Origin: a virus | Lineage: Duplodnaviria; Caudoviricetes | Length of the DNA stretch: 56,018 nt | Direction: 5' to 3' (one strand) | IMG/VR virus record: IMGVR_UViG_3300005805_000111 | Coordinates: 1-56,018 of that record | Part shown: positions 29,164 to 39,296 of the stretch, piece by piece | Numbering within the stretch: the stretch's first letter is position 1 | Layout of the letters: every line of letters starts with the position of its first letter | The notes under the pieces: model-generated | The model's input: only the letters and a program-made list of their open reading frames with translations | What the model was told of the DNA's origin: nothing | Databases searched by the model: none | Position numbers and translations under genes: made by a program

Positions 29164-30849
29164 ATGGGCACAGCAGTCAACCTAATCAATGATGCTTCGT
29201 CGAGGTTTATGGACTTGCGCACGCCCACGATTGGGGACTGGGTCGCGGTGAGCGGCAACATACGGCCGACGATGCTTTATCGAAAGACCGCCGGATATGA
29301 CTCTATTCGCCTTTTTCCAGAAATTTCAGGCAATACATGTGAAATATACGTGGACTCAATGTTGTCTGATCCGACCACCGAAAAGTATTTATTTCACTGT
29401 TACATGATGGTTGTGGGCCCAGGTCTTGGACTGACATCTGTCACCGTGGAGGCGTCATCACCGACAACTGATATTAGTGTGTCGCGAGTCAATAGTATTG
29501 GTCGGAGCGAAGACGCCGATCAATGGTATGTAGTTAGGTCCAACCTTCTTGAACTACCGGCTGATAGCAACCCTTATCCAATTAAAATATCTATTTCGCT
29601 AGAAATTCCTAACGATGCGGAAGTGTTCTTGACGCGACCGACATTGATACCGTACTTTCATTTTGCCAATAACTTATTTTTGCGTCGTGTGTATGACTTC
29701 ATACCTGATTTTCTTATTGATCTTGATATCGAAACAAGCGAAAACGACGATCTTCCGGACATGCAGATGACTCGCTTTATGGATGCAGCATTAAAGACGC
29801 ATTTTGAGGTGGAGCAAGACTTTAATGCAATCTCATATGTTGACTTTGAAGAAGGCAGGATTCTCGGAAACCTTTCAACTTATAGTCAAATAGTTGACTA
29901 CGAGGTGATGCGTCGACGCTACACAAAATGGATTGCGGCAGTAACTGGAAACACCCTGCTTAGCCCTGGAATTGTTGCAACACCCTGGGGCAATCTGCCA
30001 ATTACATGGACATCAATGATGCAGGAAATTGACGAAACAGCGAACCCCTCTGTTTCTCCGACTGCCCTAGAACGAGAAAATCTTACCCTCACACCAAGTG
30101 TGCTTGAACGCGAGGACGACGTGGTGACGGCAACTGTACCAGCAACCGACTACTTGCAGGTCGGCGATTTTATAACTCTTAGTGGATCATCGTCAACTAA
30201 CGATGATTTTGACGGCATGTTCCGTATTTCGGCAAAAACCTCAACAACTATTTCTTGGGACGACGCTGGTGAAGACGAAATCGCCTCCGCAGGAGGAACG
30301 ATAACGGCTCTTTTGGGCCTTGTTACTGCCACGGTTCCATCTAGTACTGGGTTCTCTGCTGGCAACCATCTTTCTGTTCAGGGAACAACCGCTGCCGGAA
30401 CTTCGTTTAACGGGAACTTTCCAATATTTGAAACTACTTCAACGACCATAACGTGGCGTCAGCAGGGGACAACTGAAAGCGCCACGGGAACCGGCACCCT
30501 GACGCTGCTTGATACTGAGTGGATTGAGATCATGGGTTTCGATCCAGACGTTATTGATTTGCTCGACTATCAGCGCTGGGTTCTCGGCACCCAAGTTTTT
30601 GGGACACTCTCAGGAACGCGTATTGGACTTGAGACCGCAATAGAGAAAAACCTTATTAATGAGAAGCGATATTCCATTATCTATAACTATGACGGCGACC
30701 CGTGGCACATTAGGATTGAGACGGCTACGCCAGACACCGACTTTGGCGAAGAGGGTGCTGCTAACACAAGATTTCTGGGTGCTCTAGAACTGTGTAGGCC
30801 ATGTGGCTATTTGTTTACGCATGAATGCGTCCCGGCGGAGAATTTTTAG
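29164..30849 (+). CDS. Baseplate wedge protein (gpI-like) with inserted beta domains
   Basis: Follows gpJ; VYDFIPDFL, GTRIGLETAI, RPCGYLFTH. Confidence 0.6.
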   Translation: MGTAVNLINDASSRFMDLRTPTIGDWVAVSGNIRPTMLYRKTAGYDSIRLFPEISGNTCEIYVDSMLSDPTTEKYLFHCYMMVVGPGLGLTSVTVEASSPTTDISVSRVNSIGRSEDADQWYVVRSNLLELPADSNPYPIKISISLEIPNDAEVFLTRPTLIPYFHFANNLFLRRVYDFIPDFLIDLDIETSENDDLPDMQMTRFMDAALKTHFEVEQDFNAISYVDFEEGRILGNLSTYSQIVDYEVMRRRYTKWIAAVTGNTLLSPGIVATPWGNLPITWTSMMQEIDETANPSVSPTALERENLTLTPSVLEREDDVVTATVPATDYLQVGDFITLSGSSSTNDDFDGMFRISAKTSTTISWDDAGEDEIASAGGTITALLGLVTATVPSSTGFSAGNHLSVQGTTAAGTSFNGNFPIFETTSTTITWRQQGTTESATGTGTLTLLDTEWIEIMGFDPDVIDLLDYQRWVLGTQVFGTLSGTRIGLETAIEKNLINEKRYSIIYNYDGDPWHIRIETATPDTDFGEEGAANTRFLGALELCRPCGYLFTHECVPAENF

Positions 30850-30858
30850 GATAACTAG

Positions 30859-33150
30859 ATGACAATTTCACGTACAACACGCTTCGGCCTATACCGCTGG
30901 TCTTCGTTCATTGATGCATTTACTCGCACACAGATGGACGAATCATACGAAAACATTGAGCAGTATGGCTTAAAAATGCTGCGTGGCAGCGCACTTCCAG
31001 AAGCCGGATCAGCAGAATACGCTGGAACATTTTTTCTCAATACATCTGATGGCAAGTTGTATTACTACACCTCGACTGACGCTGATGGCGAGTGGATCAA
31101 GATCGAACCAAATGGAATTCGCTATAACGAAGCCCTAGCCAAGGGCGACATGCTTGTGGCCCCAGGGCCCGCCGAATGGGAAAGGCTGCCCGCTGGTTCG
31201 AGAAGCCAAATCTTAACGGTCATAAGCGAATCCGGAGATGTTGGATGGACCAGCATTCTGAATAATCGTGGCGACATCCTTACATCTGATGGCGCAAATA
31301 ACTCTATTCTTCCTGCTGGCGACAACTTTACGTCTTTGCGGGCAGACAGTTCCCAAACCGGTGGACTTGAGTGGGATCTGATAGTTGAGGCCAACCTCGC
31401 CTCATCATCAATCACCACGCCAAAAATTGCTGACAACAGCATTTCGTCAACAGTCATCGCTGATGGCGCGGTCACGGAAAGTATTCTTGCGCCATCAGCG
31501 GTGATCACATCAAAGTTTGCTTCTGGTGCAGTAAATACAGAAAAAATTGTTGATAATGCGGTAACCAGCGTTAAGATTGCAGACCTAACAGTTTCTTCCA
31601 GTAAATTTGCCAATGGCTCAGTAACTAATTCTAAAATTGTTAGTGGTGGAGTCGTCACCTCGGCTATTACGGATGGCTCTGTTACGACAGCAAAAATCGC
31701 CAATAGTGCAGTTCTTTCTCCAAAGATTGCGGACTCGGCGGTGGTGTCTAGCAAGTTTGCCGCCGGGGCAGTCACGACAGATAAAATTTTGGATAGCGCT
31801 ATTGCATCAGCAAAAATTGGTGTTTCTGCAGTTATCACAGATAAGTTTGCCGCGTCAGCAGTTGATACGACCGCAATAGCCGACGCATCCGTGACGACAG
31901 CAAAGTTTGATTCGTTGAGTGTAACCTCTGAAAAACTTGCGGACTCATCTGTTGTTACTGCAAATATTGTTGATAGTGCCGTAACTACAAATAAAATTGC
32001 CGATTCTGCTGTTACTGAAAGCAAGATCGCAAGCCTGACCTTAACTGCTCAGGATTTTGCTGATGCGTCTGTTGGGACTGACGCCATCGCGTTGAATTCA
32101 ATTAGCAGCGACAAGATGCGACAGTCCGTTGGGCTGAGTGTTGTCGGGAACCCTAATGCTTCTACGGGCAATGTTGCGGATATTGTTGCCGCGACGGACC
32201 ACGCACTTTTGAAGCGCAGTGGCTCTAACCTTTTGTTTGGCTTGATTGAGTCTGGCGACCTCGGCTCCGGCGTAATCACTACTTCTAAGTTTGCTAGCGG
32301 AGCGGTGTCGGATATCAATATATCTAGCGCCGCCGCAATTTCGCTGACTAAACTTGGAACCGGACAGTTAAAAAACGAAACACAGGTTTCAACCGGTAAT
32401 TATTTAAACAGTTCTTTTACTGCGGATAAACTATTTACCGGCGTTAACGGCGTTGGAGTATGGGAGTCCTATACCCCAAATCTATATCTTATCCGCGCCA
32501 AAGAAGTGGTTAAAGATGGGACAAGCGTCTACTGGGCGCCTCAGTTCAATAGGTTAAGCAACCCTACACCCTGGCTTGAGCCCTCGTCGCGGTATACAGT
32601 TAGATCTGCTCGCTACTGCAGAATGAATAACCTATGTATCGTTTATGCAAGCATAGAATATAATTTTGAGAATACTATTTCTCCTAATTACACCTTGCCG
32701 TCTGGTGTCTCATATAACAGTACGACCGTAAAACCTAGTACAATTATTCCATCATGGTTTTTTATAAGTTTGCCATTTCAGCCTGAAAACCAGAGCCTAG
32801 TTAATTGCGGAGTAGTCCGGATTATCTCCACTCGATACATAAGCAAAACTGTTACAGGAGGAGGCATAACGAGTACCCTGTCTGTCCCTATCAACAGAAA
32901 GTTTGCTCCGACAGCGGTTATTTATAACAACATGCTTACAGCAATAGTCTCTGGACCAGATGATCAATGGGACCTAGAAGACTTTACAACCAGCAATACT
33001 TCTACTCTGGATTTAGGTAGAGAAGGACGAACAGAAGATGGCAATATTGGTGCAGACTACGAAATTGCGCTTCGTAACAGGGCAACCGCTGTGACTTTTG
33101 TTCCAGGACTAAGAGTTGATTTCACCATCACCTATGGAATAGCAACGTAG
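30859..33150 (+). CDS. Tail fibre 1 with decapeptide (AVTxxKIADx) repeat shaft
   Basis: TTRFGLYRWS N-terminus, KGD modules, tandem 10-aa repeats, distinct C-terminal tip. Confidence 0.8.
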   Translation: MTISRTTRFGLYRWSSFIDAFTRTQMDESYENIEQYGLKMLRGSALPEAGSAEYAGTFFLNTSDGKLYYYTSTDADGEWIKIEPNGIRYNEALAKGDMLVAPGPAEWERLPAGSRSQILTVISESGDVGWTSILNNRGDILTSDGANNSILPAGDNFTSLRADSSQTGGLEWDLIVEANLASSSITTPKIADNSISSTVIADGAVTESILAPSAVITSKFASGAVNTEKIVDNAVTSVKIADLTVSSSKFANGSVTNSKIVSGGVVTSAITDGSVTTAKIANSAVLSPKIADSAVVSSKFAAGAVTTDKILDSAIASAKIGVSAVITDKFAASAVDTTAIADASVTTAKFDSLSVTSEKLADSSVVTANIVDSAVTTNKIADSAVTESKIASLTLTAQDFADASVGTDAIALNSISSDKMRQSVGLSVVGNPNASTGNVADIVAATDHALLKRSGSNLLFGLIESGDLGSGVITTSKFASGAVSDINISSAAAISLTKLGTGQLKNETQVSTGNYLNSSFTADKLFTGVNGVGVWESYTPNLYLIRAKEVVKDGTSVYWAPQFNRLSNPTPWLEPSSRYTVRSARYCRMNNLCIVYASIEYNFENTISPNYTLPSGVSYNSTTVKPSTIIPSWFFISLPFQPENQSLVNCGVVRIISTRYISKTVTGGGITSTLSVPINRKFAPTAVIYNNMLTAIVSGPDDQWDLEDFTTSNTSTLDLGREGRTEDGNIGADYEIALRNRATAVTFVPGLRVDFTITYGIAT

Positions 33151-33162
33151 GATTTTACTAAA

Positions 33163-35247
33163 ATGGCTGTAACTACTACAACACGATTCGGTCTCTATAG
33201 ATGGTCCGATGATTCTGATCGTATTATTCGAGAACACCTCGATACATCCCATGCAAATATTGAGACCTTTGGGGCAAAGTTTCTTTCTGGCACCTCTCTT
33301 CCGACAATTGGATCAGCCGAGTACGCCCGCACATTTTTTATCAACACCTCGACAAAAGTTATATATTTTTACTCTTCTGACGATGCCTTAGGCGAATGGG
33401 TTGCAATTGGTACAGACGTCATTCTAGTAACGCTTGCAGAAAATAAGGGGGATCTCCTTGTTGCAACTGGGCCAGACGAGTGGGACATTCTTCCTGTTGG
33501 AACATTTGGGCAAGTTCTTACAGTTACTGACAATTTGTCGAATATTGGGTGGGCAACGATACTTGTTACAAAGGGAGATTTACTTTCGCACGATGGCTCA
33601 TCGCTGATTAATCTTGGGGTCGGACTGGATAATTATCTGCTGATTGCAGACAGTACTGAACCTAGTGGATTGAAGTGGTCTTTAGTCAATGAGTCTTCAA
33701 TTAGTGATGGCGCGGTGACCACATCAAAGTTTCAACCTTCGTCGGTTATCGAATCCAAATTTTCAGTTGAGGCCGTTACCTCGACTCAGATTGCTGATGG
33801 TGCCGTTACAACAGAAAAAATCTTGGCCAACTCTGTAACCGAACCTAAACTTGCTTCTGCCTCTGTTATTACTGACAAAATACTAAATGGCGCAGTCACC
33901 GAAATAAAAATTGCTGACAATTCTATTGGTTTTCTAAAGTTCGCCCCTGGTGCGGTTACAACAAGCAAGATAGTTAATTCAGCCGTTGACTCTAGCGCAA
34001 TTGCTTCTGCTGCTGTTGCCACTGGAGTCATCGCGGATGGCGCTGTTATTACTACAAAAATAAGCGATGCAAATGTTCTATCTAGCAACATAGCGGACCG
34101 CTCGGTCACTTCGGCAAAAATTGCTAATGGCGCTGTTATTTCTTCAAAACTTGAGCCGCTATCTATTACGACAGGCAAATTTGCTGATTCATCTGTTCAG
34201 ACCGCGAAAATAGGGAATTCTGCAGTTGTTTCTAGCGCTATTGCGACATCTTCTGTGACTGAATCTAAACTTGCAGATCAGGCTGTGACAGCGCTTAAGT
34301 TTGCTGATGGCTCCGTGACTTCGGCCAAAGTTGCTGATGGGGCTGTAACGGGCGGCAAGATACTTGCTCTGAATGTCACCAGCGATAAGGTTTCTGCCAA
34401 CTCTGTGTTGTCGTCGGTTCTTCGTCAGTCTGCTGGCTATTCTGTTATTGGAAATTCGAGCAACTCGGTTTCTGATGTTACGGATTTGACGGCAAGTTCC
34501 AATGGCGCGCTACTTCAAAGGGCTGCTGGCTCTCTTGGTTTTTCAACGTTGATAACGAACTCTATTTCTGATGGCGCGGTTACAAGCGTAAAAATTGCTT
34601 CAAACACCATTGTTGATAGTGATATTGCCGCTAACGCAAACATTTCGTTGACAAAGTTGGGTAGCGGTATTCTTCAGTCTTCAAATACTGTAAGTACCGG
34701 TAATTATCTGCCTAGTTCTGTTACGTGGCCGAAATTGAGTTCTGCGCCAACTTCCGAGGGGGTAGGCGTCTGGTTGACCTATGTGCCGCAAGTTTATAAG
34801 TATGTTTCTTCATGGGCTACCGTGACCGACCTGGAGTTGCTCCTCCCCAGTCAATATGACGTATTTTATGCCAAGTATTGCAAAATCAACGAAATGATAA
34901 TTGTGCAATGCCGCATTACAATGAATGACAATTTTAACTGGCAGAACCAAAATAACAGCGGTGCAATAGTCACCCTGCCGTTTACGCCGACAAATACTGA
35001 CTATATGTGTATCGGATCTGGGTACTTTACAAACATGGACTCGCCACAAAACCAAAGCAATACTTATGCGCTAAACGTTAATGAGGTCAGTGGGGTTGTT
35101 TTTGGTATGCCAGAGCCAAATCTTCACGCGAACCAGGGCGCCACCGTTAGGCTCCCACCTGGAGATCTAACCCCATACCTCGTTTCAACATTTTTTGAAG
35201 ATTTCGATACAATTAGTTTTAAAGTCCAATACGCAACGACAGCATAG
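33163..35247 (+). CDS. Tail fibre 2, paralog of fibre 1
   Basis: Same architecture as 30859..33150. Confidence 0.8.
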   Translation: MAVTTTTRFGLYRWSDDSDRIIREHLDTSHANIETFGAKFLSGTSLPTIGSAEYARTFFINTSTKVIYFYSSDDALGEWVAIGTDVILVTLAENKGDLLVATGPDEWDILPVGTFGQVLTVTDNLSNIGWATILVTKGDLLSHDGSSLINLGVGLDNYLLIADSTEPSGLKWSLVNESSISDGAVTTSKFQPSSVIESKFSVEAVTSTQIADGAVTTEKILANSVTEPKLASASVITDKILNGAVTEIKIADNSIGFLKFAPGAVTTSKIVNSAVDSSAIASAAVATGVIADGAVITTKISDANVLSSNIADRSVTSAKIANGAVISSKLEPLSITTGKFADSSVQTAKIGNSAVVSSAIATSSVTESKLADQAVTALKFADGSVTSAKVADGAVTGGKILALNVTSDKVSANSVLSSVLRQSAGYSVIGNSSNSVSDVTDLTASSNGALLQRAAGSLGFSTLITNSISDGAVTSVKIASNTIVDSDIAANANISLTKLGSGILQSSNTVSTGNYLPSSVTWPKLSSAPTSEGVGVWLTYVPQVYKYVSSWATVTDLELLLPSQYDVFYAKYCKINEMIIVQCRITMNDNFNWQNQNNSGAIVTLPFTPTNTDYMCIGSGYFTNMDSPQNQSNTYALNVNEVSGVVFGMPEPNLHANQGATVRLPPGDLTPYLVSTFFEDFDTISFKVQYATTA

Positions 35248-35256
35248 TTTATTGCC

Positions 35257-37335
35257 ATGACGATACAAACAACAACACGGTTCCGTCTAACGCGATGGTC
35301 ATCGGATAACGATGCCTTAACACGCGGTCAAATAGATTCTGCTCATAATAATATCGAACTTTATTTGGCCAAAATGATTGCTGGTTCATCCATTCCTTCT
35401 GTTGGAACGGCAGCCTACGCAAAAACAATTTTCTTGAACAGAACTAATAATAAAATTTATTATTACTCTAGTGAGGATTCTTCTGGGTCTTGGATTTTTG
35501 TTGAAACAGACGTTGTTGCGGCAACAATTGCTGACGCGAAGGGCGACCTAATCGTTGCATCTGGTCCAAATGTGTGGTCCAAACTTCCAGTTGGTTCGGT
35601 AAATCAAATTCTTGCAATACTTGACTCGGCCAATACTGTCGGGTGGTCAACAATATTGGCGCAAAAGGGTGATTTGCTGACCATTGATGGGCAATCCTTG
35701 ACTCGTATCCCCGTTGGCACCGATAATCAGATTCTAAATTCTAACAGCGCTCTGGCCACTGGTCTTGGATGGACTCTCGCCACAGAAAATAACATTTCTA
35801 ACAGCAGCATTTCGTCCGTGAAAATTAATGATAGTGCCGTTACGGCACCCAAAGTTGTTGCTTCTGCCGTATTGACGGCAAAATTTGCAACTGATTCTGT
35901 AACTGAAACAAAAATTGCTGATGGCGCAGTGCAGAGTGCCGCGCTTGCGAACGATGGGGTCACAACCAATAAAATTCTGGACGCCGCGGTAACTGAAACT
36001 AAAATTTTATCTGGTTCAGTAACTACTGCTGCGCTAGCAGACAATTCCGTAGACTCACCAAAGTTTGCTGCTGGCGCGGTCACGTCGTCAAAATTTGCGC
36101 AGTCTGCTGTAACGGCACAAAAACTTGCTACCAGTTCAGTGACATCGACAACAATCGCCGCTGGAGCGGTAGATACGCCCGCCCTTGGGACTTCGGCGGT
36201 TACTCAAGCAAAAATTGTTAACAATGGTGTTTCCACTGTTAACATAGGTGATTCATCTGTAATCGCGGAAAAAATTGCCGATGGGGCTATTACTTCGCAA
36301 AAAATTGTGGCACACGCCGTAACCACCGCAACTCTCGGCACATCATCTGTAATTGATACAAAGATTGCCAATGGCGCAATCATTAATAGGCTGATTGGAA
36401 ACTCTGCCGTTACTACGGATAAGTTGGCTAATGATTCTGTTTCGACCAGGACTATAGGAAATCTTGCAATCGTCTCGCCTAAATTTTCTACGAACTCAGT
36501 GACAAATTCTAGAATTCGGAAGTCATCCGGGTTGAGTGTCCTGGGTAACCCTGGTAATACGACGGCAAATATTAGCGATATTGTCGCGGCAAACGATAAT
36601 ACGGTTTTGCGCCGAGCAGGAAACTTTTTGTCGTTTGCACAAATTTCAACGCCGAATTTTGCAGATGGCGCCGTATTATCTGGCGCTATTGCTGACGGCG
36701 CGCTCTTTGATGCACAGTTTTCTCCGTCAGCCAACATTGGGTTGACAAAACTAGCCCCAGGTGCTCTTCCATCTGCAATCAAGACTGGAACTGTTAACTA
36801 TGTTGATAGTTCTATAACTGTATCTAAACTTAGCGCTGAACAAAGTTCTGCTGGCGTTGGAGTCTGGTTGAACTATGTGCCCCAGATTTATGCTCTTGTT
36901 AATAGCGGGTCGACATATAGCACTTTTGTCTTGGTGCCAGGTCAATCTGTGACAAGCATGTATGCGAAATATATGCGAATAAATAAACTTTGTTTTGTTA
37001 CCTTTAATGCGATTATTGCGCCCTCTTTCAGCAACCTAACCAATTTCGATCCAGAAAATTGCGCCCTGGAGATTACGCTGCCTTTCACTGCGGCAACCTC
37101 AAATCGGACTATTGTTGGTAGCGGGCACGTGATAAATGTTGACACGAACACAAACAGCAGGACTGTCCATGCGGTGATAAATAATGGTCGTGTCGCGTTG
37201 GTCTATGAGCACAATGGAGTGGCGTCCACAGGAAGCGCTGACGACGAATACCGAACTAACTCTTTTTCTGATATTGCCTATTTTCTTGAAAACCCCGACC
37301 CGATAGGGTTTTCGATAATATATGAGATTCTGTAG
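35257..37335 (+). CDS. Tail fibre 3, paralog of fibre 1
   Basis: Same architecture as 30859..33150. Confidence 0.8.
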   Translation: MTIQTTTRFRLTRWSSDNDALTRGQIDSAHNNIELYLAKMIAGSSIPSVGTAAYAKTIFLNRTNNKIYYYSSEDSSGSWIFVETDVVAATIADAKGDLIVASGPNVWSKLPVGSVNQILAILDSANTVGWSTILAQKGDLLTIDGQSLTRIPVGTDNQILNSNSALATGLGWTLATENNISNSSISSVKINDSAVTAPKVVASAVLTAKFATDSVTETKIADGAVQSAALANDGVTTNKILDAAVTETKILSGSVTTAALADNSVDSPKFAAGAVTSSKFAQSAVTAQKLATSSVTSTTIAAGAVDTPALGTSAVTQAKIVNNGVSTVNIGDSSVIAEKIADGAITSQKIVAHAVTTATLGTSSVIDTKIANGAIINRLIGNSAVTTDKLANDSVSTRTIGNLAIVSPKFSTNSVTNSRIRKSSGLSVLGNPGNTTANISDIVAANDNTVLRRAGNFLSFAQISTPNFADGAVLSGAIADGALFDAQFSPSANIGLTKLAPGALPSAIKTGTVNYVDSSITVSKLSAEQSSAGVGVWLNYVPQIYALVNSGSTYSTFVLVPGQSVTSMYAKYMRINKLCFVTFNAIIAPSFSNLTNFDPENCALEITLPFTAATSNRTIVGSGHVINVDTNTNSRTVHAVINNGRVALVYEHNGVASTGSADDEYRTNSFSDIAYFLENPDPIGFSIIYEIL

Positions 37336-37417
37336 TGACTAACTTTGCTGTAGATTTGTTCTGAACAATAATCAAATATTTGGCATAATGGTATGAGTCA
37401 TTTCGCGGAGGTGAGCG

Positions 37418-37738
37418 TTGCAGTCGAACATCCTTTATGCCGCCGTGTCTTCAGTTATTGCTGCCGCTATCTCGGCTTTTGTGGCCCTACGTTCAAAAAA
37501 ATCAGATATTTTAATCGCTTCAGCATCTAATAACAGTTTGGAGATACAGCACATTTTTGACGGTTATGCTCGAATTGTTGAGGATCTTCAAACTGAAGTT
37601 CTGCGTCTCCAGGGCGAACTTGAAATGCTGAGGGTTGAACAGCAGGAGTGCGATTCCTATCGTCAGACCCTTGAGATGGAGGTCCTGGAACTGAAGCATC
37701 GGATTGCCGTCGTTGAGGGTCGTTCAAATGGCGACTGA
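37418..37738 (+). CDS. Membrane-anchored coiled-coil protein (possible lysis accessory)
   Basis: GGAGGTG SD, N-terminal TM helix, heptad-like C-terminus. Confidence 0.6.
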   Translation: MQSNILYAAVSSVIAAAISAFVALRSKKSDILIASASNNSLEIQHIFDGYARIVEDLQTEVLRLQGELEMLRVEQQECDSYRQTLEMEVLELKHRIAVVEGRSNGD

Positions 37739-37961
37739 AAAAGAGCAATTCGAAGAAATTATTAAACAGGTTATGCCTGATAGGCTAATCACTAATTTCA
37801 TTCTAATAGTCGAGATTGTTGACGCCGATAACGAGGAACTTTCTGTTAATGTGAGCAGTGGTATGACTCCATGGCTAGCAATGGGCATGCTGTCATATGC
37901 CGAAAATATGATCAAAACAAGAGAAGATGAACTCTTGGACGAAGATGAGGATGATGAATGA
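37728..37961 (+). CDS. Hypothetical acidic protein
   Basis: Likely start ATG 37728; coupled to both neighbours. Confidence 0.7.
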   Translation: MATEKEQFEEIIKQVMPDRLITNFILIVEIVDADNEELSVNVSSGMTPWLAMGMLSYAENMIKTREDELLDEDEDDE

Positions 37962-38311
37962 AAAGTCAGCAAATTGTTGATCAGACAGCCAAGGGTGGAA
38001 TCCTCGGCCTGGTCGGATATTTTCTTATTGAGGTTGGTGTCGATCCTGGGATTGTTGCGGCGCTGATTCCGCTTTTGGCAGCAATTCTGGCTTGGGCGTC
38101 GGGTCGAGTCGGAGATAAGGCAATTGCCTCATTTCTTGGTTCTGAACCGATCCGCGGCGCAGTCAAGAGCGCCGTACGGGCCGTTGACAGGGAGGTTAAG
38201 CAGGCCGAGGCTGCGTCTGATAAGAAGACCGCCGCTAAGCGGGCTGCGGCCAAGAAGCCGGTGGCTAAGAAGACCGTGGCGAAGAAGCCCGCAAAGAAGA
38301 AGCCACAGTAA
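37958..38311 (+). CDS. Holin-like membrane protein with Lys/Ala-rich tail
   Basis: Two hydrophobic segments followed by KKTAAKRAAAKKPVAKK... Confidence 0.5.
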   Translation: MKSQQIVDQTAKGGILGLVGYFLIEVGVDPGIVAALIPLLAAILAWASGRVGDKAIASFLGSEPIRGAVKSAVRAVDREVKQAEAASDKKTAAKRAAAKKPVAKKTVAKKPAKKKPQ

Positions 38312-38327
38312 TTCCCGCTACCTTGGG

Positions 38328-38368
38328 ACGGCAGGCCAGACCCTTAATAAGGGTCTGGCTTTTGCCGT
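38328..38368 (+). terminator. Intrinsic terminator-like hairpin
   Basis: gccagaccctta-a-taagggtctggc followed by tttt, with outer acggca/tgccgt pairing. Confidence 0.8.
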
Positions 38369-38427
38369 TCTGAGGGTCAACGGCTTTATTTAAGCGATAC
38401 AATATTAGTTGCGGTTAAGGAGACTAG

Positions 38428-38775
38428 ATGCTTGCTGGAACACACAATTTTACGATTGACCAGGGCGCATATTGGCAGCGCTCCCTTAAACTATTTAACC
38501 CTGATGAAAGCGTGTATAACCTTACCGGCTATACGGCAAGAATGCACTTGCGCAGGGACCTTAAGGCAACCACTCCTGTTATTGCTCTAACCACGGAGAA
38601 TGGTCGAATTTCGCTTGGTGGGTCCAATGGCACTATTACTTTGACATTGCAGGCTGCTGATACTGCCACCATTCAGCACGATTGCGTGTATGACCTAGAA
38701 ATCGTAACTAACGACGGCAAGCCTTATCGGGTGGTCCAGGGCAATATTAGGCTTAATCCTGAGGTTACGCGGTGA
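38428..38775 (+). CDS. Structural adaptor protein of the appendage module
   Basis: AAGGAG SD; NFTIDQGA...YNLTGYTARMHLR...VYDLEI..G...VVQG. Confidence 0.65.
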   Translation: MLAGTHNFTIDQGAYWQRSLKLFNPDESVYNLTGYTARMHLRRDLKATTPVIALTTENGRISLGGSNGTITLTLQAADTATIQHDCVYDLEIVTNDGKPYRVVQGNIRLNPEVTR

Positions 38776-39287
38776 GCCGGACCACCCCAGTTATCGTTAC
38801 GTCGCAACCTGCTAATCAGGTTGTTGTTGAGGACGTAAAACCAAATTATGTTGTAGTTAAAAATGAGCCAACGAATACGGTTGTAGTTTCTGACAGCGAA
38901 CCCAACACGGTTCTTGTTTCAATTGTTGGCGCTGCCGGTGAGCGCGGCAATAGCATTCTTAACGGCACTGGGACGCCTTTGTCATCTTTGGGGCTAGAGG
39001 GCGATATTTACATTGATTCTTCGAACGGTAATTTTTGGGGTCCGAAAACATCTACCGGATGGCCAGCAACCCCCTTCTATTCAGCCGGACTGACTAGACG
39101 CTATGTGCATGTTCAGAACGTGGCCGCCGATACGTGGAATATTGCCCATGACCTGGGGGGTTACCCCGCCATAACTATCGTTGATTCTGCCTTAACGGCA
39201 GTTGTTGGTGAGGTATCATATATTAGCACTTCGCAAATTAGAGTGGATTTTACGGCACCCTTTTCGGGCTACGCTTACTTGACATAA
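38772..39287 (+). CDS. Virion structural protein
   Basis: VVV repeats, GNSILNGTGTP..LG.EGDIYID, WNIAHDLGGYP. Confidence 0.65.
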   Translation: MSRTTPVIVTSQPANQVVVEDVKPNYVVVKNEPTNTVVVSDSEPNTVLVSIVGAAGERGNSILNGTGTPLSSLGLEGDIYIDSSNGNFWGPKTSTGWPATPFYSAGLTRRYVHVQNVAADTWNIAHDLGGYPAITIVDSALTAVVGEVSYISTSQIRVDFTAPFSGYAYLT

Positions 39288-39296
39288 GGGCAGGGC

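Noticed and set aside
16818-30849. Stand-alone contractile injection system or tailocin
   Set aside because: Terminase, portal, prohead protease and neck genes show this is a DNA-packaging phage.
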